From a virus (taxonomy: Duplodnaviria > Caudoviricetes): DNA of 63,615 nucleotides. The translations under genes were made by a program, and so were the position numbers. The notes under the pieces are model-generated. The model searched no databases, was not told the DNA's origin, and was given only the letters and a program-made list of their open reading frames with translations. Positions 21,701-33,700 of this stretch are shown piece by piece; position 1 is the first letter of the stretch, and each line of letters opens with the position of its first letter. The stretch covers positions 1 to 63,615 of the IMG/VR virus record IMGVR_UViG_3300027699_000001; one strand, written 5' to 3'.

Positions 21701-24700
21701 TTCATTAAGGTTTGTTATTACAAATACACCTGTTACTCTATCAAATTTAACAATAGTGTGCATACTTCTAACTAAACCTTCACCTATAACAGCAACTAAT
21801 CTAGCACCAGTACCATCTCCATTAACTTCAATAACCGGTGCGTTTAAATAACCCGACCCTGGTTTAGTTACTTTTGCTGATACAATTTCACCATTAGCTC
21901 CTAAAGTTGCTATTGCTTTTGCACCAGACCCTACATCTGCTATAGTACTGTCGCCATCACTAAAGATCAAATCTGGTGGGAATGTATAATTTTTGCCGCC
22001 ATCAGCTATTTTTACTGAAATTACTTGATAAGTTAAATTATCTAACCAATTTTTGTTTGGATATGTACTTAATTCTGGAGTTTTTCCTACAATAATATTA
22101 TCTATTACTTTTGCAGTATGCGGAATAATTGCTTTTGCAACATTACTATAATTAGGTGACAAATCAAAGTCAGTTATTAAGTTTTTACTAGGTTCTAATG
22201 CATCATAATCACTTACATATTCTCGTAACTTAGTTTTAAATGGTTTAACTTCTTCTAAATATTCTTCATAACTAGCCAAGTTATCATTTTGAAAGGTAAT
22301 TTTTTCTTCAAGATTTCCTACATTGTGCTTTGCTTTTACAAAACTTGTTTTAAATGCCCAATCTACATAAGATTGTTCTGAGAAAACATAACGTATACTA
22401 GATAAGAACATATTATTATATTCTACAGCTAACTCATCAATAAACACTTTATCCCGTAACGTTTCTAATATTTTTCTAGTTTCAGAAACCGGTTGATTGT
22501 CATAAAATTTTGTATCATAGCTTACACTATCATAACCTATTGTTGTTGCACTATCATATAAACTAGACAAAAACTTTAATGTTCCACTTTCTCTACCTAC
22601 AGTTTTATAATTTATAGTATAATCAATAAAATCTGCATCATCTATTTTTTCTAATAAAAGCCAGCCGCCTGATCCTATATTAGCTATTTTAACTATATCT
22701 CCAGTGTCATCATCTAATCCTTGTAACTGATGACTTGCATCTATTAAATAATCAATTGTTGTAAATTCATTATAACCTGTATCATACCAATCTACATAAT
22801 CCCAAAATAAAGAAACATCAAATGCTTGACTTTGTATTCTTTCCCAATCCGTATTGGCAGTATTTCTTTGATATAATGCCCATTTACCTTGCAAAGTGGA
22901 ATCACTTTTTACTAAAACTGTAAATTGTCTGACACTTATACTAGTAGTACTAGTATAATTCTGTCCTTCATTAATAACAGCAACTTCAGTAACAGCACCT
23001 ACACTATTAATTGTTAATTGAAATTTTGCATCAATTCCGTCTCCTGAAATTGTGTATGTAGGAGTTACAAGATAACCTCTACCAGGCTCTGTTATATTAA
23101 CTCTTATAATTTTTCCATTAGAAACTACAGGTTCTAATAAAGTCTTCGTAATTTTAACTGTACCTACACTATCTAATTCTTCTAAAGTACTAATCGATGT
23201 ATCAAATACATAACTACTTACTGTAGGCTCTGGTTCTTTAGATGATAATCCTGTAATATCTTTATCATCTATGATTAAATTCTTTAACAATATTCCATTA
23301 ATTCTTTCAATTAATTGTTTAAGAGCTTCTTCTCTATTAACAAACCAAGTTTGTCGAGGATCATTTAAAATTCCATATTTTTCTCTCGGAGATAAATTTA
23401 AAGCTGGAACTGGCCTACCAAAATCATCATATCCTACTAAACTATCAAACCACTTACGTTCAATATCTTTATTAGGTTTACTAGTCTCTAGTCCTTCTGT
23501 GAATAATTGGTATTGATTATGAATATTAATATTTTGATTTTCAATAATCCAATACTCAGTACTAAATGCTATATCTTTTCCTTTAATAAGATTATCACAA
23601 TTATGTATAACAAAACTACTAGGACTTATAAAATTAACAAATTTAAGACCTTGAGCTGCTGGATCCTTAATATAATTTTCAACGTCTGCACAACTAAGAG
23701 TGCGGAATTCTGCATCAGGTACAGTTGCTTTTGCATTAACCCAATAATAATACATGTTTGAAAAAGTTTGAGATACTGAATCATACTCTCGCATAGCAAC
23801 AAACATGCTATCACCATATTTAGATTTTCCACTAACTCCTTCTGTTATACCTTCTTCTGTATCTGATAACTCATCCCATTCTGATGGAAGATACTTAGTT
23901 CCTACCCACTCATAAACTTTTATAGAATTTCCAGGGAATAATTTATTCCAATTATTAGTACTATAAATTGTATTCTCTTGATATGGATTTAAAAATCTTG
24001 CTTTATCTAAATCCCACCATAATTGATTTACTTGATATTTCCCCCAAGTATTTGTGTTACTGACAGTAACATCGCTTGCCAATAAAGATAGATCTTCATT
24101 AGTTAAATTATAAACAGCAGGGTCATAATATAATTTATATTTTAATTCTTGATCTGCTATTCCTGCAATTTTTCCTTGAATTGGATCAATACAATCTAAA
24201 TATGTTATAAAATCATTTGTTTTAGAATCATAAAGGAAAAGTTTCTTTATTTTATGAACATCTACAGTATCTTTAGGAACACGATGTTTTTCCCATATTT
24301 TAGTTGAAGTTATTTTTCTATAATCACTAATTGATCCAATATAATTTGTATCAACAGAAACATCTGGTAAACCGATATACACATGATTTTCATTCACATA
24401 TAAATTAGTACCAAACTTACTAACAGATAAATTTTGTGTTGTAGAATCTACTCTTTCAAAAGCCAACGGTTGACCATATACCATTGTATCATTAATTTTT
24501 TCATACAAATATACAGTACCAGTATCTACATATAGTTTAGCAAATGACGTAAAATCATTATCAAAAACAGTTTGCGGTACTAAAGGTGCCTCTGGATCTA
24601 AATTAGTATCAAAGGTAGTATGACCTATAAAATCTGTATTTTTAGCAGTTATGGCTAATGTATCCTCTCCAAATGCAACTTTTATTCCAAACAATTCTAC

Positions 24701-27700
24701 TTTTTCATTATTGGGACTATTAAGTGTTTGATTAAGGACATACTCTCCATTTACTTGAGTATAAATTAATACTTTTCCTTGTGTAATCTTAATACTATCG
24801 TCTAGCGGAACTCCTATTGCGAGCATTGCGCCGTCTTTACTAATACAAATATCATCACCAAAACCTATATTAGGATCAGGTGCAAGTATTGTTTGATGCC
24901 TTTGGTAATTGCCATTAAATGACCTATAAATTACAACTGCTTTTGGTTTAGCATCCTGATAATCAGCAATAACTGTTAAAATTTCACCATTATTTGTAAC
25001 ATCAAATTTAGTTCCAAAACTATATAAACTACCTTGGTCTAAAACGGTACTAGGATCTGCGCTATCAAAAATAGGAAGTATTTCTGTATTATTAGGAACA
25101 TATCCTAAATAATCTAATGGAGTAGTTACTTGCGTCCATTCTGTTGAATCAAAAACTTTAGCATCCAAATTACTTAATGCTTTAAAAATACTACCATCTA
25201 AATATACAAGATCATCAGTATTATAACTAATGCTAGGTAAATGTGTTCCTTGGAAACTTTTCTCTTTTCCTAATTCCCAAGCCCATGTATTTCCACTTAA
25301 ATCTGTTCCGTTTTTAATAAAATAAATTCTTCCTGGGAAAACAGTACTATCTTTTGTGTCGCTGCCTGCTTTTACAAACCCTCTATATAAATCTGTATGT
25401 TGTGTTAATCTAACATCATTACCTAAGTAAAAATAATTTTCTGCTTCGGGAACTGTAAACGCATTAGTAAACTTAAATCGATTTGTAATTCCTGTTTCGT
25501 AAATACTAAACATTCCCTGGTGAGTAAACCCACTAGCAGTCGATGTTGAATCCACAGGAATACTATATGTATTAGCCCAGTCATTATTATCTGCAGAAGG
25601 AACATTTGGTAAAATAGGTACACCCTGTACAGTACCTTGATTATAAAACCAATATTCTACATCCGTTAAAATATTTTGGGAGGGTAACGGAATATTTGAA
25701 CCATTATCTACTACAATTAGCTTTCCTATTCCTTCTGAACTTAAACCTAAAGATTTATGTTGTATCTCTCCCATTACACGATCAACTTGATATATAGGAT
25801 CTGGATCACCCGGGGTAGCAAGAAACTCTATTTCTGCAACATCACTAAATTCTGCTCCATTAGACCAATTACCTATTACATTATTAACAAATATTGTTAC
25901 TTCTAATGCACTACGTTGATAAAAAACAACTTCAGCAGTAGCATTGGTTGTAGTATCTCTTACAGTATCACCTATTCTAGGCTCAAATGGATCTCCAAAA
26001 ATAGTAAATTTTGTGAAATCAAATGTTATATAACCTTCCCATAATTGATCTACTGTAAGTGTTTTATTAAGATCAGTATAATTTAAATTCACTAATGTAG
26101 GATCATTTTGAAAACCATTACTATACCTTGCTAAAGATGGCATATAAAATCTAAATTGATCATCTACAGATAACGTATCAGTTAAATCTTTAGGTGCTCT
26201 TATAATATATTTAGAACTTAATATAGGATTAGTTTCTCCGTCGGGTCCTGGAAAACCTTGATAACTTAAAACTTTAAAATAACTTCCTAATGTATCTTGA
26301 CTAGATTCAACAGTAGAATTATTATAATCTAAAATATTATAATAAAATTTATTTGTTACTGTACTATCTGTTATAACATCGCTAAAAACTAAACCTTTTC
26401 CTTCATCAGATGTATTACTAAACACATTATATGTAGGAACATCTATCCACCAATAACCTCCATACTCTTCAGAAACATCTATTGTTTCTACTGGAGCTGC
26501 TATTACATACTCTCCAATAAAATCTCCACTTTCTAAAAACAAACTATCTGTTGAATTAATTGTTCCGTTTACATTGTTAATATAGATAGTAAGGTTATCA
26601 TCTGCTTCATAAGTAAAAACCACTATTCCATGACCTGTTTGTGTTTCTACTTTATCTCCAAGTACTGGCTTATTTGTAAAGGCAGTAAGATATAAAACTA
26701 AATCAATCTTTTTCTGAACTACATGTGTGCCTGTTAAAAATGTATCATTTATTTCTGGTATAAGCCCTGCAAACGGTTGTCTTAATATATAATCATCTTG
26801 AAATTGATTAGCTATTGTAAAAGTATTCCATTCTAAAATAACTTCATCATTTACATCTACTCCATCATACATTACTTTAGGAGCTCTTATTAATAAATGA
26901 TCTGCCGTTGTTGTTGTAAATGGATATCTTCCTGTTAATAATCCAGGTATTTGTTCCGAAGTTGATGTAATATTTCCTATAGTTTCTATTAACTGAGCAG
27001 TGCTAGTAAAACTACCAAATTCTATAAAAGAAGTTTCTGGCACTATTGCTGCCATAGCTGTCCATAACTTAAAATTATAATGTACTATGTCTCCAAGAGT
27101 ATATGCTATTGAAGGATCATAGTCACTTTTATATCTAGTTTTTAAATTACTTGCATTAGGAGAACCTACAATTAAATATTTTCCGTCTAAAGACAAATCT
27201 AAACTCGCACCAAATTTTTGTAAATCTGGTTGGGTTAATTGATCAAAATACGCTATATTAAATACTTCTGTACTTGTATGTTCTGTATTAACTATATAAA
27301 ATACATTATTATATTTTACTTGATCTCCAACTACAAAAAGTATATCAGAAAACCATAATTTAAATCCTGTTGCAAAATCTTCTTCTGGTACTATAATTTG
27401 TCGTAATATAAAATTACCATTGCTAGAAGCTCGCCTATAATAATAAACTTTTCCTTCGTCTTCTTCGGGTGCTCCAACTACTAAAGCAGTATTACTTAAA
27501 TTTGTTGATAATGTTGTACCAAATTCTGAACCTGCTGTATCAATAGAACTACTAAGATCTTGTAATTTATTATATGCTTTATTATTCTCATACACAACCC
27601 ATCTATTTGAATCATCATTATCTAACCAGAATAAAGATTTTGATTCAGCTAATGTTTGTGCAAGAATATTTAAATTCTGTAAAGTATCTGTTCTTACAGA

Positions 27701-30700
27701 AACTAATTTACTTATTTTCCCTTTACAAGACTCTACACTTTCTACTTCTTCTGTAGTTTCAAAAGTAATCTTATTTACAGTTACATCTTTTACTTTATAA
27801 AATGCACCTATTGCAGCAGTACTTTGCGTAACTGTTGCATAAGAACTATCTGCTGGGTCTAATGTTGTAGAAATTAAATCATAAACACCTAGCAACTCAC
27901 CTTCAACAATATCTTTTGGAGTAGAATTTAAAACAACTACAAATTCTGTGTCTCCTCCTTCTACTGCTTCAATATCCAAGTCAGTATCAGCATGCTTATA
28001 CATATTCCATGTTAACTTATCATTTCCTACCCAAATATAATTTCCCTTATTACATTCAGCAAAGTTGATATCTAGTATAGAATCATAAGTTTCGACAATA
28101 AATTGCACATCTTCTGAATTTACATATCCACTATCATTTGTAAAACCTTTATCTGGTTCAATATACGTTTTAGGGAATGGACTATGATTATAATTTTTTG
28201 GTTTAAGAAATGTTTCAAATGGTCTAATTCTATAAATTAAATCTGCTTCAGTTCCTGTTATAGTTTCTACTAAATCTATTGGTTGGGGTTTTAATCTAAA
28301 ATTACTTTCATCAAGAATATATTGAACTTCTTCAAAACCTTCAGCTGCTCCATATTGTCCGCGCTTAATAGCCCATTCTTCATAAAATTGTAAACTATCT
28401 TTATCTGCAGAACTTAAAACATCAAAAAGTTTTGTTAATGCGTTTTTTGTTCCCTTATCTTGAATATAACCTTGATAAAACTTATATTGACTTACATCAT
28501 CATTAATAATATTCTCTAAATAAGTTCTTTTTTGATATCCTATTAAATGTTGAGCAAGTTTTTGTTGATCGGTATCAAAATTATCACTATCTAAATCATA
28601 AAAATCAGCAAATTGATTTGTTTTATATTCAAAGTTTGGAATGAGTTGTGAAGAAGGTTTATCGTCTAATCTATTCCAGTCTTTATCAATAAATTCTTCT
28701 TTACCTGGAATCTTACTATTTGCTGTATAAAAAAACTCTTTATGTTTAACAAGCTCTCCTATAAAGTAATCTCTATATGGTTCCCAATCAGTTATTCTAG
28801 ATTCATCATATATAAAACCCGGAATATTAAGACTTCCATCCCAATCGGTTGTTCGATAACCTAAAACCTTTATTCGTTCTTGTCTATATCCTGGTTCTGG
28901 ATCATAAATTGTATCTTTAAAAACAGTTTTATTATCTAATAATACAACATGTTCTTTTTGAACTAATTGTAATTTTATTGAAAAAATACCATCTGCTGTA
29001 TTTTTAGGCCTAAGAATAAATTCATTAGGATCTTGACGATCCACTATAACAAATTCTTCTGTTAATTTTTTACCATCTACTTTGAGTAAAGTATAACCAA
29101 AAAATGTATCAAAAATATTATCTACAACAGCATTCTCTGATTTAAATTTTAATTGACTTGCGCCTGGACTTAGACTTATAAGAGTTCCTTCTGCCCAACC
29201 ATGTGTAGTCCAAAATGCAAACTCTTTACAAGATGTTTGCCAGTTATCTATAACAGAACCGTCTCCTCTAAAATTGTCAAAAACAAAACCTAATGACTCT
29301 AAATACTTGCCATACCCTTGTAAAAAGTCTACAACTTCTTGAATTGTTAGTAAAACTGTACCATAATCTAATTCAGATTCTATATGAGTGTTAAATTCTG
29401 TTCTAAGTGTAATTTCTCTTCCTCCCTTAGTTGGAAGAATAGGAAGGCTAGCAAAATTTTCAATACTAAAATTAATAGCAGATGTATGTGCTTTTGTAGC
29501 TCGATAAAACTTATTATTAAATTCTACTATTGCTCCAGCAGCATAAAAACTTTCACCTTCAAATTTAAGAACTGGTTCTGACACACCGCCTATGGTAATT
29601 ACAACATCATTATCTAATGAAACTGCTTTGAAATATTTAAATGAAGGAAATATATCATCATATCCTTTTATTTTAAATCCATTTTCTTTTATTTCTATCA
29701 TTACACCACTATAATTAATAGTTTTTACAGGGGTACTTTTATTAAGAAAAATTGAATAATTTTCTTTAGGAACAAATACATTTCCTTCATTTAAAGGGGT
29801 TCTACTATCTAAAATTAATTTAAATTTATCTTTCTCAGTAAATCCACCTATTTTAAAACCTATTTGATTTGATATATTTTTTAAATTAGATTGATATGTA
29901 GTATAAGATTTAACAACACTTGATGCCATATATCCCGCTACATAATTTATTAATCCAGAAGTATAAGTTTGAGCCGCATCCACATGTGTATTTGGAAATA
30001 CTAAATTAGATAATTTAATATGATTTTTGGTTGCGTTATATATAATCTGTTTAGCAATATTTTTAGTCTGACGTTCACGATCTAATCCTGTTGCTAAAAC
30101 TTTACAAGGCTGGCTTAAAAACCAACTTGTTATTAACGAAAAAGGATATTCACTACTGCGTCTCCAAGCAGTTTCAATAGGGGTTTCGTCTCCGAATTTA
30201 AATGGATTTTCGATTGTACCTGAATTAAAATTTTGGGCAAACCCGCTGAGATTTGGACTTATTATGTTACCTACTGAATCTACTGGTATAAATGTTGTTA
30301 GTCCAGGACGTAAATAATTTTTTAATATTTTAATTTTTTTATTAGGTTCTCTAACTATTCCATTTTCTAGATCACTCCACAAAATTAAATTATCACTTGT
30401 ATAAGGAGGAACACCATATACTGTTTCCCACCATGTAGGCTTTAAGGTAAAACCAAGCATTTCCCAAGGATGTGAATGTGGACGATCTGTATCAAATGCT
30501 TTTTTATAAACGCCTCGCCAAAAACCAGGAATACTAGTACCTAAGGGTGATGACATAGAATTATAATTAAATGTAAAACTATTTGTTCTTTCAAAAAATG
30601 GATTATCTGTATAATCGTCATCTACTAATTTTAACCATTCGATAAAATCAGATAACATAGGACGATTTGATTCTTCTCTAGTATATGCTGTTTTTCTAAA

Positions 30701-33700
30701 AGTTCCTTCTATAAAATCATGTATATCAAATAAAGCTGTATCGTATTCTACTTTTAAATTATTAAAAATTCTTAATTCTAATTCTAATATTAACTCATCT
30801 CTGTAATCTTTATAAGCAATTATTTTACTTCCATCGTGGCCCTGAATTACAGGAATACCTTCAGTCCATAAAGAAAAATCATCTGTATTATTAGCAGCAT
30901 AATTTGTAAAACTATCAGGCATCCAAAAAGTTTTAAATAAGCCTTCAATTATAAGAGAATGTGAAGAGCCTGTTCCATTATGTTCTGTTAAATCTGCAGA
31001 TGATGCAGCAGCCTCAGTTGTATATAATGGATAAAACCAACCTATTTTCCTTTTAAATGTTTCTGTAGTATTTTCTACATATCCATATATCTTAAAAGGA
31101 CCAGTACCTGTTGGCACTATACTTTGATATGTTGTGTCTATAAAAAGTTCTGGCTCATATTTAGGATATAATCCTAACTTAGTTGGAGTTGGAGGTACAT
31201 AAGATCCATTAGTTGTTTCATATTCATAAATGTCTAATAAATCTCCTTTCACTTTTGAAGCTGTAACTACACAAAAACCTTCACTATTAAAAGTATAATC
31301 TTTACTATGAATTAATTGTTTTGAATTCTTATAAACTTGTACTGCTCGTCGACTTGAATTTTCTAAAGTAAACGGTTGGCTAAGTGCAAAATATATTTGT
31401 GATGAACTTTCTATTTCATGGGTAGTCTTTTTCACCGATCCACCTGGTACCATATCTGAAAAGTAAAATGGCATAGAATTAATTTTATCTTTATTAATTT
31501 CAGTTAATATTTTTTCAACATGATCTTTTATTGGTCCTTCAAATCCTAAATCATTAGCTACTTGTAAAAACAATCTTTTAAATTTAGCATATTCTTTTCT
31601 AGCAAATCGAATTGCTTGAGGCAAATTTGCATCTCTGTTTAATAAATGATACATAGCTAAATTTAATGGTGAGCTATGTTTTACAAAACGTTTACCTAAA
31701 TTAGTTACAAAACCCAAGTCTCTTAAATTACTTGCACCTGGAAATATTCCTGAAAAATCAGTTAAACCTTCTACTATTGTAGAAACATGATCATTTACTT
31801 CACCTAATGTAAATTCATTAAGATTATTGTTTAACGGGTTTCTTTCTAAATTATTAGGTATTTCATAAAAACCGTTATCATTTTTAACTGCACTAGAAGT
31901 TGTTTTAATTACAATATTATCTCCTAATACAAGTTTTTTAGTGTTAATGCTTTCTAAAAAAGTAATCTCAACAAAATTATTAATAGAAGTTTCTAAAGTA
32001 TAATCTATATCTTTAAATTTTAAATCATTGTTTAAAAATACAGTAATATTTAAATCAGTTAAACTTGCACTATTTTCATATACATCTATTTCAAATTTAT
32101 TTAAAGTATTATCATATACATATTGACGTATCACAGATTGCTGACTTAACGTTGATGCTTTCTGCCAACCATTTCCTACTTTAAAAGTTTCTCTATTACT
32201 ATAAGTTCTAAGAAATCCTATATCTGTATCTTTATAATATAATTTATTATCTATTTGAAACTCAATAAATTCATTTAATAAATTAAAATTAAAAGTAATA
32301 TCTCCTACATTTTCTATAGTTCGATGATATAATGCTAAACCAACTTCAGTGTCAACAGTACCAGTACCTTCTTTATAACTAAACACTTTATTCCCAACAA
32401 ATGTTGTAGAATCATATACTGTTTCGTCATTAAAACTATAACCATTTTCATCAAAAATTTCAAATAATGGCGCTTGATTAACTTTAGTTTTTGTTTGAGC
32501 TTGCTTCCATTTCGTGCCATCATAATAATACATCAATCCTTTATAAGTATCACCATTTTGAATTAAAACTACTTCGTCCTCTAACGGTTGTGTATCTGTA
32601 ACATCTATAAGAGAAAGCTGCCTATTAGATGCCCTACCTGAACCATCTGCAAACGTAATAAATTTTACTTGAAAAATTCTACCATATACTAACAGATCTG
32701 GATCACCTAAGAAAAGTATTCTCATTCCATCAATAAGATCTACTCCATCTATATTATAACCTGAACTTCCCTCTATAATAGAAAAAACATCTGTAGTAAC
32801 TGTATCTAATAAATCTACATTTCCTTTAGTCCAAGTACCAAAATTATACAATTTCAATCCTGGCTGAAATTCTATAATAGGCCTCTTTGCTCTTTGTAAC
32901 TGATCTAGCTCTGCTGGCTGATCATTTAAACTAGCACTTAATTCAACAACAGATTTATGAAACCATCTATTATATCTACTCCAAAGGTTTCCATCGTTAC
33001 TGGCTCTATTAATAAGAAAATAATCTCTTACTACTGGATAACCTATTGCTTCATCAAAAGGAAGCCGATCGAAATTTGCATTATCAAATTCGAATGAAAC
33101 TTTATCAACAAATGCACTTGGAACAGTTAATGTTTCTTCAGGAATAAGAACTATTTTATCTCCTACGCCTTCTACATAAAATTCTCCAGTAGCATATTTT
33201 GCAGGAACAACATCTCCTATAAAATGTATTTTCATTCCATTTGATAATTCAAATCCAGCACCAGTTGTATATGTTTTCTTTCCTAAAATTTCTGCTTCAA
33301 CATCAATAAAAGATGCTTCTTCAATACCTGCTACTTTTATTAAACCTGCGGCTTCGATGTCATTATCAGCTACATACCATAATTCGTTTGAAGTAGAATC
33401 TGTAGGAATAATTTGAACTACGCCCGTCTCTACTCCTTGTTCAGATATTTCAGTTTCGATTAAAAACTCGTCATCTAATGTACGTTTTGTTCTTACAGTA
33501 AAAGGTAAACCTGGGGTGTTTATTTCAAACTTATATGTAACTCCTCTATATAATTTTATAGTAGGATTCTGCGTTAACCCATCTGGTGTAAAAACATATC
33601 CAAAATTATCTTCATTGTCAGCTATTGTTACTGTATAGGTACTTACAACTTCAGTAGTTTGGCCTCGAACGGCAACACTTTGTGGGCCATTAGACAACCA